DNA of 64,000 bases, from NCBI GenBank assembly GCA_028023455.1, contig JAQFVV010000005.1, positions 10,044,001-10,108,000 on the forward strand. Reading direction: 5' to 3'. The translations under genes and the position numbers were made by a program. Positions 37,560 through 50,107 of this stretch are shown here, piece by piece. The DNA is from Epiperipatus broadwayi. Its lineage: Eukaryota; Animalia; Onychophora. Numbering within the stretch: position 1 is the stretch's first letter; each line of letters begins with the position of its first letter. The notes beneath the pieces are model-generated. The model saw nothing but the letters and a program-made list of their open reading frames with translations. It was not told the origin of the DNA and searched no databases.

Positions 37560-40300
37560 TGAATTCCAATTTTATTCTAGCAGGCAATTTGATAAGAGTA
37601 CCTGCATGACAAACTTTTTCAATGTTCATGTTTTATAGATATATCCAAACAGAATATTAAAACGTAATACACAATGTGTACACTGGACAACTCTTTCTTC
37701 AATTGCCAGAATCCGTAGCAATATAATTGATGGAATTTCTCTAGTGAACATTTTTTAATATAATATTCATTTACTTGTACCATTAAGGCTGGAGTTTTGA
37801 TATCAATCAGAATAATTTTTCTTAGTCTTAGTGTTCACAATGCAAAAATGGATGTTTTAAAATTGTCACAATTCATGTGACCAAGGACCATCCCATCTTT
37901 TACTGGAGAAGCATTAGAAGAAAGTACCAGTTTGCCCTATGAGTCATAATGAATTAGATTCATCTAAGTATTTTAAGCTCAAATTGCTTGTTCTTAGATA
38001 TCCCTCAGATACATCCTAACCTTTTATCAAACAGACTAATACTTCAATTTCACAATGAAACACTTTCTATAATAATAATTAATTGAATCTAAGAATTACT
38101 ATAATTTTACCGTTACTTTATATTTAGTAGAGCAAATCTCAAAAATTAATTTAAAAAAAAAATAATTTTGTCATCTCAAATATTTACTTATACAAATAAT
38201 GATACTTTTTTTAATTTTCTCAATGAGTTTTTTTTTAGATATTTAATTGAAATCAACAGCTGGTTATATGACTTCACCACCAGCAGAAATTATCATATAG
38301 AGAATAATTTCATCTATTCCATTTGCCAATTGATCAATTAACTAACTTTGAAAGTTGTTGTGCTACAGAAAGGTCAATCAATTTTTAAAACAGCTTTATG
38401 AATAATGAAAGTCAGGGCTTTTGAAGCTTCATCATTTACAGGAAAATGATGTTAAATGTGCTTAAGATCTTTCACATTTTTTTAGTAAGTTAATAAACAT
38501 TTGATTAATAGATGTGGATAGTTATCAAGTGGTAATATTTTATTAACTGCAACAATAACCTCTACACAGTCAGATCTTTTCATCACCTTAATTTCAAGCA
38601 CAATTGCAGGGATAAGTAGGCTAATTATTCTTGAAATATGTTTAATTCTTTACAGCCATTTTTTTTTTTTTTACTAGAAGTGCTACTGGGTAGAAATGAC
38701 AGATAATGGATAATTTTCTTACATAGTTATAACTGAATCTTCTCCCTTGTAGAATCAGATTTTCACATATTCCTAAAATTTCAGATTTTAAAGTCTGGTT
38801 CGTATAACTACCTGACTCATCAAATTAGAGTATTTATTGTCAGAAATCAATGGAAATAATTGTGCCCTTCATTTCTCTTTAGTGACAGTTATTAAAGTGT
38901 ACAAATAATAGAATATTATTTTTTTTTATAGTCTTGCATTACCTTTATACTAGAATGCAGACTAGAGATTTATTCTTTGCAGATTCTTTTCCCATTGATT
39001 ATTGAAATGATTGAAACTGCTGAGACTTGAATTAATCACCATGTTATTTATAATAATTTTTGCTTTGAAGATAACATTTAATATGTTATTTACCATTTCA
39101 CATATTTTATTTCCACTTTCTATCTTGGGAGAGGGAGTTCTAAATTTAACTTTATTTTTGGTAAATGTTATCTTAATAGATGCTTTTTTACTGCGCTAGT
39201 GGAAAACAGTATATGCATGTAAACACAATAGTAAAGCATTATTTTACCACAATATTTTTTTTCTCTATCCAATTGTGATTAGTTTGAGAAATGCCTGGAT
39301 TTCTTCCATAGTTTAGGGCTTTGTAATGCTTGAGAACTTGCTGAATCAACTGTGATGCCTGGATTTATCGATTATTTCACTTTTAGTTCCTCATTTTGCA
39401 AATGAATCTAGCCCCAAAATTTTACTCTAAGAATGTCTTAAAATTAATTTAATTTATCACATTCATTTTCTATTATGAGTTTTTAATTGGACAAAAAAAA
39501 AGCTATTGACTGAATCAACAATTTACTATATGTTAATTCCCTGGGATGAGCAGGTGCAGCATATTCAATGAAAATTTTATATGTGATAGAATTGTAAACA
39601 CTTATAACAGCTATTAATTTCAACTCAGGTTTGCCATTTCATACCCCAGATCAAACCTCTCTATAGAATTTATCCTATCCACATTTTATACAGATATTTC
39701 TGTTAAATCCAAGCAAGTAACTGGTTATATTAACACTTCTGTGGTGTATTAAATGCAATAAAAAGATTTGATAATAATTCATTTTTTTCATTTTATATAT
39801 ATATATAAGTTAATGTTTAACCTTGTATTAAATGTTCAGAATAGTAGGCAATTCTCTGTTATTTACATGTAAATCAGATTAAAATGCATAGCTAAGGAAA
39901 GAGATAGTTTAGAAATGAATTACTTATAGTATTTCATTAAGAATAATGTTGAAAATTTCATAGGTAGAAATATAGTTTAAACTTTAGTAGATATTTGATT
40001 TTTTGCTACCCAGCCTGAATAAATGAAGTTTTCTATTTCTGGAAAAGATTTTTTAAAAGGTGTACTCAAATCCCAGAAAAATTTGGTCACACAATCATAC
40101 TTTTTCATTGGATGATTTGCAATTGTTTGGTAAACTATTGTTCTCTATCATTGATGGTCTAATTAGTACCTTGGATTCATATTAAGAAAATTCATAAGAT
40201 TTTTTTTTTAACTTGCTAATAATTATGGATGAGTTTGTTATCTGGAAAATGTATTACGTGTATATGCTGGAATACATTGGTTGAACAAAAAACTACAAAA
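37560..40300 (-). mobile_element. Possible highly degenerate hAT-like transposase remnant
   Basis: Scattered minus-strand motifs in hAT order: 'CG*D...SGV', 'IEYAAPAH' (cf. GCPAH), 'S*FSKFSSI...MEEIQAF' (cf. TRWLS), 'VLSSNASP' (cf. HSNA.VER). Confidence 0.35.
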
Positions 40301-40959
40301 ATCTAAAATTGAAAGAGCAAATCACAATGGTAAAAAAAAAAAAAAAACAATTTAATTTCAATTAAATTTATAGAGAATAGCCTCAATTCTATTTAAAAAA
40401 ATATCAGCGTTTTTACTTACTAGTAAATTACTGCAATATAATTAACAAGAAAAAAAAAGGTACAGTACTTTAATAATAACTTTATTTAATATTGCTTTGG
40501 ATACTAAAATTTATTTTGCTTATATTAATATAAAAATGTTGAATCTTATTTATAAAATTTCTATCAGGATAAATAAAAACGTATGCAGTTTATAAATATT
40601 TAGAACAAATTCATAATTAAATGTCAACCATTAGCTAATAATAGATGAACAAATTTTTAAAGTGAAAAAAATTATTTCAATTAAAAAAAGTTGACTAAGA
40701 TATTGTAAGTGCTGCTGGGAAACTGTAAGGGTGCTACTCGATTTACACTTTTAACTGGTAACATTTTTTTGATCAGTAAAATCAATTCGTATTGCATATT
40801 CAAATATTTATAAAAAAAATAAGTTTACTGATGAATATATCCAGCCACAAATCTTATAAAGTCTTCAATCATTACCAGTATTTTATACATCTCCATAGAT
40901 AATGGGGAACCCTGGGACTTTTTTGAATGCTTTAATGATCATTGCATAAAATGATACAT

Positions 40960-42890
40960 TAATAAATAAACTCTGGATTAAAATAAATTAATAATAAATA
41001 TTTATTGTAAACTTATTATTCTTATAGTATAACATTTAACCTAAATATTCTTATGCTTTTATTTGACAAGTAGCTTTCATTATTTGTAATTTATGAATTC
41101 TATAATGAAATAAAACGATATATACAACAATGGGCAATAACTTTGAACATGATGTATATCATGGACTATTTTCAATGTTTTAATAAGACATTAACTTTGT
41201 TCATATGAATTTGTTTAATATATATATATATATAAATGGATTAAAACCAAATCAGGGATGTACATGCAAGTATGATTTTAAAATTCAGTATTATTGCACA
41301 TAAAGTTAACATGATTCTAATCAATTAAGTTTATAATGATCACACAGTTTTGATGTTTTTGCAATTATCTTGATATGAATTTAAGCATCATGCTGATAAA
41401 TGATCATTGCATAAATAAACTAAATTCATACATCATAGAAAATATTTCAAAATTCATAAAACAAGTAAAGCACATAAATAATTAATAACTATGCCAAAAT
41501 TCCACTTTAATTATATGAATTAATGCATAATCAATATAATAAGTAAATAGCTGGCATTTCATTACAATAACAATTTTTTTTCCTTATACTTTTATTACAC
41601 GGACACTCCATGAAATAATACTACGAATTTATATATATATTTGTAAGAATGGCATTAATAAATTTTTTTAAATATTTGACAATTTATCAAAATATTCCAT
41701 AAATATAGCTATGTAGACCTATAAATTATTCATATATCACATTAGATATTTAATTTTATTTATAAACATTAATTATAAATTCGGATCTACTTTAATTAAA
41801 CTCAAGAAATAGAGATATCCCCTCCCCAAACATTAGTTCTAGTAAGATACAAACAAACTTAATGTTCTCTCCTTTCTAATATTTGATCCAAACAAAATAT
41901 TTTATAAATTTAATGGTATTATTATATTTTGATCACAATAAATCCTTTCCATTGATATGCTCAAATCTTAAAAATGAGCAGTTTCTGGGAGATAATAATT
42001 TTTGTTGAATAACTTAAACAATTATTGTGTGATGTTTATTCTCACAATTTACTTTCATTTGGAATTTTGAAATAAAATGATTATAATAAAAGATTGTGCT
42101 AAATACATTAAAGTAACTAAATTTAATAAATAGATAATAATTATTTATTCTAATGAAAAGTATATGATACAATAAAAAAAACACGTTAATTTAAAATGAA
42201 ATCCTATAAGACTAAATCCAAATGATTTTTATAAGTTTACTAACAGATTTTCATGATGGGTTGAAATTGCAATTGAAATATTCTTTTTTATTTTGCATAT
42301 ATTTTATTTAGATCTCATAGATTGTATAAAGTTTATGGTTCAAATTTACATTATAATAATTGGTAGTTTTCCTTAGTTAGGTTTATTGATTTTTATTGCG
42401 ACTGGATCTTAAAACATTTGAAATCTTGATTTTTGTCATGATTCATTTCCCCACAAATTTGAAGGATTGTTTTGTCATCATTGTTTTTCCATTGTTCACA
42501 GTTATTTAAATTCCCGAATGACATGTAGTTTATTAAATGCTATGGAGATCATTTCTACTGAAACTGGTTATACACCCAGGGTGAACCTAGATAAAGTAGC
42601 CTATCATTGAAAAGTTTTTTAGTACACTAGATAAGTTTATACTCATATTAGTTTGAAGTTTTTTTCCTAACACATAGCTGTGGTGATATTGATGATTAAG
42701 ATGAGGAACCATCATAATAATTTGAGGAATGAAATGAACTGATATTTTTTTAGACTATTTATATTAAATTTTTATCTAATATAATGTTAATTACTAAGAA
42801 AATTCATCATAGCAAATTTCTATTTCTGGACTAATGAAAGTTACAATAAAGAAATAATATACATATTAAAGTAAAATTAAAATATACATG
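40960..42890. repeat. ~1.9-kb diverged direct repeat, copy 1 (partner at 58640-60530)
   Basis: Colinear matches such as aataaactct.gattaaaat...acttattattcttata, aaatatttcaaaatt.ataaaacaag, gca.tttctggga and aattactaagaaaa...tatttctgga.taatg. Roughly 65-70% identity by eye. Confidence 0.8.
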
Positions 42891-43849
42891 CCATAGCTTT
42901 CTTTTGAAAAGACACTATCTATTCAATACAATTTTTTGATTTCTCTTAAGTTTTAATTACATTGTGATAAATCTAATAGTGTTACTATATTACTATATCC
43001 TGTCTTTTTAAAACTCTACAAATCAACCTTTGACTTTTTTTACTTTAACTGGATATAATTTTTTTTACAAAAAAAAAAAACCCTCCAATTTCTCTTTTCT
43101 AAAAAGAAAACTATTTTGCTAAAACCAGAAATTAAATGTGTATCTACATATATTTGCAGAATTTAAAGAAAATGTAACTAAATTTTAGTATGTAGTTGGT
43201 TGTTCTATCTTTTAATGTTAATGTGTAACCTTCCATAGTTTACTCTCTTTGCTAACTGCCTGAAATAAGTCTGAAATGGAAATTTCCGTTTCAAATTCTT
43301 TCCAGTGGAGCAAAAAATAAATAAATAAGATTTGATTTTTTCCATAATTATTTTTAAATATTTTAAACAAAAGTAATAAATAATACACTGCTTTCCCCAT
43401 AGTTCTACATCTGTATCTTTTCATATAATGGTGATATTAATTGGTCAAAATTTTTATCATTGTACAGCCCAATCACTCCTGATTCACCTTCTATGATAAA
43501 GGTATTGCCACAGATATTCCTCTGAATAATAAATGGACTGTCATATAAAGGGAAAAATTTCTTGTATTTATGGTCAGGAGATTTACTTACATGAATTCTC
43601 ATCAAGATAGTCACCTACATTAAATTGGCATTGACATCTATATTTACTTTGCTATTATTCATCAATTTTTTTTAATGACCAGAGTTTTCACCTGTAATGG
43701 TTTACACTGATTTATTTTAGAATTTGTTTTTATTAATTTGAGGCATTTCTTTTCAAAATATAATCATATAGATGAAAATCCAATTTATTTTTAGCATAAT
43801 TGATATAATTCAGAATCTTTTGAATTTGATTTAACTATTATTAATGATT

Positions 43850-44440
43850 AAGACTTAAATTTGATCAAAATAACTGATTTTGTTCTCTTGTAGTTCTTTT
43901 ACATGAACACAACTGTAAATTATATATTGAAGTCTCATCATTTTTGTAGCATCTGTTTTATATCCTTAAGTTATGTAATGAATATATACAGCATATTTGT
44001 CATCTCATCTATTAATTACATTGTTGTGTTCCTTGACTCATCTCTGTTTCTCTGTATGATCATAATTAATCATATTGCAAAAGTCACAGTTAATTTTATA
44101 TACAATTTCTTTTCTGTATTTTATATCATCTTATAATTTATAATTATTTTATCCTGATTTTTATTATTCGACCACCCAATAGTTATGTGTTTATCAATAT
44201 ATTTTTTGTTTTTTTTATTAATTGATTATAATATGAAACTTTGATCCATTTCTTATTTGAACTATTTTACTATCATCATTATAATGATTGTGCATAGAAA
44301 TATTATCACTATAGATTTTTTACAATTAAAAGGTATATTTTTAATAGTTTTAGGATTGCATCCACAATCTTTTTATAATTTAACAAATTGATTGTTTTGT
44401 AAATGAGGTACAATACTGTCTGTATTATATTTATACAAAA
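43850..44440 (-). mobile_element. Penelope-like element, family 3, minus copy
   Basis: 'KDCGCNPKTI' (NGYP-like) and 'IVYKINCDFC...VKEHNNVINRDDKYA..IHY..GYKTD' (GIY-YIG). Reverse-complement match to 44441-45300. Confidence 0.8.
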
Positions 44441-45350
44441 AATGGCAATTATTAAAAATTTTAAATATAGAAATGCTAAATATAATACAGATAAAAATGT
44501 ATCTCAGTTACAAAAGATTCAATTTATTAAATTATGGAAAGATTATGGATACAAGCCTAAAACTATTCAAAATAGTTTTTAATTCTAAGAAGTCTAAAGT
44601 AAGTGATAAATCTCTGAAAAAATCATTATAATAATAAAAGTAACAATAGTTCAAATGAGAAATGGATCAAACTTTCCTATTTGATGTGATCATATATTGG
44701 ACTATTTCCATCACCTCTTATTAAATGTTGAACATATTAAAAATTTTAAACCTTATTTAAACTTTTCAAATACAAACAACTTGTTAATAACAACACACAA
44801 ATAGACAAGTTGTTTGTATTTGAAAAATAAAGTTTAAAATTTTCTATACATTCAATAATAGATGATGTCATAGTCCATCATCAAAACATTGAGGCAAAAC
44901 TTTCATATTATCCCAAAATTTATATTAATATAAAAATATTATATTGGTAAACATATAACTATTGAATGGTCAAATAGTAAAAGTCTAGATGAATTAATAG
45001 TTAATTATAAATTAAGAGAAGATATAAAATATAAAAAAGGAACAGCATATAAAATTAACTGTGATTGATTTACTATGACCATACAGAGAAACATTTAGAG
45101 GAAAGTACCAAAGAACATAACAATATAATTAATAGATGAGATAATAAATCTGCTTTAAACATTCATTACTTAACATATGGACATAAAATAGATGCTACAA
45201 CAAATATTGCTTTAAATTATATTAAAGAACCAATACGAAGGCATATGAAACATATTACAAAAACATAATTTAAAGAAGTGTATGAATATTTACTAAACTT
45301 CAATAAATTTATTAACAACTGGTTACCTGGAAATGAATGGAAACTTCTAT
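44441..45350 (+). mobile_element. Penelope-like element, family 3, plus copy
   Basis: 'KMAIIKNFKYRNAK...WKDYGYKPKTI' (RT thumb) and 'GTAYKINCD...KEHNNIINR*DNKSALNIHYLTYGHKID' (GIY-YIG). Confidence 0.8.
44682..44896. mobile_element. ~215-bp foldback insertion with 13-bp target-site duplication
   Basis: Perfect 22-bp inverted arms at 44763-44784 / 44805-44826, extending imperfectly to ~44699 / 44877. Flanked by AAACTTTCCTATT (44669-81) and AAACTTTCATATT (44897-909). Absent from the sister PLE copy. Confidence 0.7.
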
Positions 45351-47132
45351 AATATATATAAGTTATTTGATGTATTTATTATTTGTTCTGTATATTGTTA
45401 TGTTATTAAGTCATTTTTTGCAGTTGTATTAGATCGCTACATGAGGGTTTTATTCTATTTTACTGGTGATATTTTGTTATTGTCATTATTTTACTTCTAT
45501 TATAAAACACTAGATGATGTTATATATGTAGTGATTGGTTAACTTTAAAATAGATGATTATCATTTGAAAAGGGCACAAAACCATGTGCTGTAAAGGCTT
45601 TTTAGGTATGATTATTTTTAATATATATATATAATTATATAGCTGTTGTATGTGATTTTTTAATTATTTATTGTATTAACATAGTCAGGATTAACCCTTT
45701 GTATCTGATTCAGCTGTTGTAGTTCTACTGACTTATCAGTGAAAAGTGAGATTGCAACAAAACAATTTTTCATATAAGGATACTTGTGAGTATATTTATA
45801 GGGATACTGCCCAAGATATCAGTTATCACATTGACAGTCCCATTATAAAAATGATATATAAATTTTTGCAGTAGAAAGGCTTATTAAAATAATATATCAT
45901 TGATCTGATAACTATTGTTAAAAAAAATCCAAGTTTTTGTGGTCAGTTGTGATTATATTTTCAGATCCAAACATTATTTGTATCTTTAGATTTGATAATA
46001 TCTTTCTTCATTTGTGGTGCAGTTCTCTGCCTCCTTTAGAGTTCAGCTACAAAGATACAATATTCACAGCTAGTGACTTATATCCATTTGGAACAACACA
46101 TTTCCTAAACTAAATTCACATCTTTCAATCTGAAGAAAGAATGGTTTTGTATTATCAAGTTGTGTCAAAATAATTTGTTTAAGAAATTTGGATGTGATGT
46201 GGTTGAAACTTATTTTTTATCCAGGGGTCCAAATTAATGTTGGTCATTATGTGAATGTTGTAACAATAGGTGCTGTGTAAAATTTATGGTAAAAATTGCA
46301 AAGATTTAAAATAACTTTAATTGCCCCTGGTTAGTAGGTTAAATAAAATTCTGAATAGCTTATATTTTCATCTGGGTTAGATTTAATTCTTTTAACTTAT
46401 TGAAAATCCTAAAATCAGATCTTTTAGCAGTGACTTTTCTAAATGATGATAGTGTTGAGCATTTATATTCACATAGCTATTCTTTTAGAAAGGCCTTCAT
46501 GTGAATATGAATGTTCTGCCACTATTTTAAAGGCAACAATTATATTATCAACAGATAAAACAATGGTGTATTTTATTTCAGCTGATAGTTTTTACACAAT
46601 TATTTAATCTAAAATGCAAATAAAAACATTACATCCATATCTAAATATTCTGTAATGAGGCAGTATTTTTTCAATAACTTGATGTTAGACCTACTATGGT
46701 AAAAGTCATTACTATTTGAAATCTAATAAATTCTTTAATTGGTGGTATGTAACTTTTAGGACTGTGATTGCATTAGATCTATAAGTATCTATGTATATTC
46801 TAATAAACCCACTTCTTTTTAACTACCACCAATGGATTATTATAAGGGGAAGAAAACCTCACTCTCTACTTATAATTTATATTGGAAAATAATAGGCTAA
46901 GAATAACTAAAAGTGGTTCTCTATTTTAAGTACAACAAGATAAATATATACATTAAATGATCTCAGGTTTATTATAAAATATCAAGTGATATTTTATTAA
47001 GGGCCTTATCAATAGCTATTGTTTTTATCTTCTCAAAGAAGATTTCTCAACTTTAACTATGTCTGCAGTATTGAGAAATTAGATACACTGCATGTAAAAT
47101 TGATGACATTTCTTTATGCTTTCAAAAGTATG

Positions 47133-47168
<36 letters not shown>

Positions 47169-47289
47169 AATTATAATCTAAATGACATTGTTATCATTGC
47201 ATGACAAAAATGCACAGTATAACTAGTGTTTGCAGCTGGATATAAATAATACCTGTTTGGTTTCTATATTATCTTTTTATTTGACAAAT

Positions 47290-48680
47290 TAATAAAATTC
47301 ATATCATAAGTTTGTGGATACCGCTTATTAAATTTAAAAAAATCAATTTTCTTCTCAAGTTTATATTGTAATTTAAGGTCAAATAATTTTAAATCCATTT
47401 TTAGATTTGTCCTAAATACACAATTCATTTAAAATTATTAATTGCTTTCAAATACACCTGGGTCTCATTTTATGCGATAGATAGGTTCCTCAGAAAACAC
47501 ACGCAAATGAAATGGCACAAAAATAGACGTAATTTACCTTGAAAAAGGGGGGATACAGACTGTGATTTTTCAAAAATCGTGTAAAAGCAAAGCGCCAACA
47601 TAAAATTACTTTAAAATTTGCGCAAAAAAAAAATAAGGAAATAAAATATGACTAATAAAAAATTTCAAATTTGAAAAAAATTGATACAAGACAAACTTTT
47701 TTTAACTATAATATTTAATTTTATTCAAAACAATATATTTTTATGCATAATTTATGGTAATTTATATTTTTTATATTTTTTTTAATTATTATCGCTATTT
47801 GCCAATAAACAGGTTCATTTGCAAACTGGTAAAAAATCAGATTCTTCACAAGAGGAAATACAACTAGCACCAATGTCACTTTCATGTTGTGTTAATGGTT
47901 TTCTGGTGACAACGTAATTAGTAATTAATCTAACAACTAAAAATTAAATTCTTATTTTTGTCTTTAATTTTAATTTTAATTGTGCCCACTGCTATTACAC
48001 ACCTTTAAAAAATAAACTTGCGGACACTAAATGATTAATAATTGATTATGTTCTTTTTTAAAAAGCAAAAACAATGTGATTTAAAATGCAAAATTAACAC
48101 GCACGTTTGAACAAATTTACATTATAATCTTGTAAAATTTTATGTGTGTATACATAAAATGTGGAAATCATGATTTTAATTTCATTATTGCATAAAATCT
48201 TACTATTATAAAGCACTGAAAAGATTGAAATTACTAAGATAAAAGTCGAATTCCAATAATGTGCTATTACTTTCAATATGATGTAAGTGCACGAAATTTA
48301 TTATTTAAAGTAATAGCCCATTATCGGAGTTCGACTTCCAGAGAAACATGAATCGCATAACTTCAAAATCGCGTTAAATAAATCTGTGTAAAAAGAGACC
48401 CAGGTGTACCTCCAAATATCAAAAAGTTCTTTTTTACATTTCTTAACTACATCATTTAAAATTATTGATTTTAATTTATTTGTACATCTTGGTACTAAAT
48501 TTATACTACTGTTTAATTTTACATTGCAACAATTCATGAATACATGATAAACTTTACAATCCTTAAAAAAATGAAGTTGGCATTTAAGCTTAATCACTTT
48601 TTTACATTGTTTTCACCACTCCTTAATGATCTATCATTTTTTTAAAATTCACTTAAATTCATTATAAAAAAAAATACAAA
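47290..48680 (-). mobile_element. Possible pogo/Tigger-like (DDE_1) transposase remnant, split by a TIR element
   Basis: 'IIKEW...KCQLHFFKDCKVYH...LVPRCTNKLKSI...KCKKELFDIW' resembles LL.LD.F..H / IP.GCTS.LQPLD...FK..L...W. It continues left of 47453 as 'KWI...ISGI'. Confidence 0.45.
47455..48406. mobile_element. 952-bp non-autonomous Tc1/mariner/pogo-type TIR element
   Basis: TA|CACCTGGGTCTC...GAGACCCAGGTG|TA. Perfect 12-bp TIR with further imperfect extension, and a TA duplication. Confidence 0.85.
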
Positions 48681-48699
48681 TAAATTGTTAATTAAAAAT

Positions 48700-49595
48700 C
48701 TATTCTCACAAATATAACAGTGATTAACTATTGTATACAATCTTTCAATCTGCAGAAGTACTTTTGGTTAATTCCTTAACTCTCCTCAACTGCCATTAAA
48801 TTAAAAAAAGAAGCAAATACCATCAACTCTAATTCCATAAAACCTGAATTTTAACATTAGCAGCTTGTCTATTATATTTATTTTATTTCTATTTATTAAA
48901 ATTGCTTCCTTAATTTTCCTTTCATTATAATCTCTCTTTTCATGAAGAATCTTAACACTTTCAATATCAAACTTAAATTTATATTTACATGTTCTTTTAT
49001 TTTCCAAGAAAACTGAAGCAGGCATTATATTATTATTTTTACTTTTCACATGCTTGTATTCATACTCTTTTAATCTTTTTTTCAATACTGCACCTTGATT
49101 CACCTATGTATGTTAACATCTACAAAAAATTTGATTCACAATATTACTTTTCTGTCTTACAGATATGTCATTTTAGAATTATTCACTAACTAATTAACAT
49201 TCTTTATAACACAAAATGAAACATTAAACACATCCTTATATATATATATATCAAAAAATTTTACTTGAGCATTTGAAATATACAGCATAGATATCCATTT
49301 TTTACTATCAATCTTCTAACTCCTTTAAATCATTATAAATTTTTAAATTGACAGAGTATTGTTCATTCTTATAACTGACTTCAAGAAATTTCATGGCAAA
49401 TATTTCAATATTTTTTAATTTATGACATTGGTAATGACAATTTTTTATTACAAAATAAAAAAGATCTAAAACTTGCTATCTTATGCATAATTGGTACTTT
49501 TGATTTACAATTTATATAACCCTTGTTTTGCAATGGTTTGATTATTAATTTATAACTTAACAGACTATTATCTCTTGTAATATTTAAATATGTGT
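48700..49595 (-). mobile_element. Penelope-like element, family 1, minus copy (RT thumb, GIY-YIG, HHR)
   Basis: ORF 48801-49103 reads 'LKKRLKE...FDIESVKILHEKRDYNERKIKEAILINRNK'. HHR-like motif at 48752-48793 (GCAG-TTGAGGA...TTAACC-AAAA-GTAC-TT-CTGC). Confidence 0.85.
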
Positions 49596-50107
49596 ATTTT
49601 TAAAGATATTAAAATTTACAAAGTGGATGTGAATGATGTTTGTTTGCAGAAATACCAATACTATAAATTTGCTTGTAGAAGAGTTAAATAATTTGAATGG
49701 CTTGAAATGGACTATTGAAAAGAAACAGGACAAAAGTATTAAGTATTTGAATTTAAATATTATAAGAGAATAGTATGTTAAGGTATAAATTAATATTCAA
49801 ACCATTGCAAAAAAGGGGATATATAAATTGTAAATCAAAAGTACCAATTATGCATGAGATGGCAAGTTTTAGATCTTTTTGTTTCATAATGAAAAATTGT
49901 CATCATCAATGTGATAAATTAAAAAATATTGAGATATTTGCCAAGGAATTGCTTGAAATTGGTTATAAGATTAAACATATTAACAATATTTTATGTCAAT
50001 TTAAAAAGTTATAATGATTTAAAGGAATTGAAGATTGATAGTAAAAAGTGGATATCTATTTCATATATTTCAAATAATCAAGTGAATTTTTTTAAGTATA
50101 TATATAT

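Larger units (their letters stand above)
43400..46740 (-). mobile_element. Degenerate Ty3/Gypsy pol (RT-RNaseH-integrase), interrupted by a PLE pair
   Basis: RT: 'QIVMTF..GL', 'SVDNIIVA' (YVDD), 'LNLCNFYHKF'. RNaseH: 'KPFFLQ..CEFSLGNVLFQ', 'TTDHK'. Integrase C-terminus: 'FNVGD...KKFFPLYDSPFII...NTFII' (ORF 43405-43614). Confidence 0.85.
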
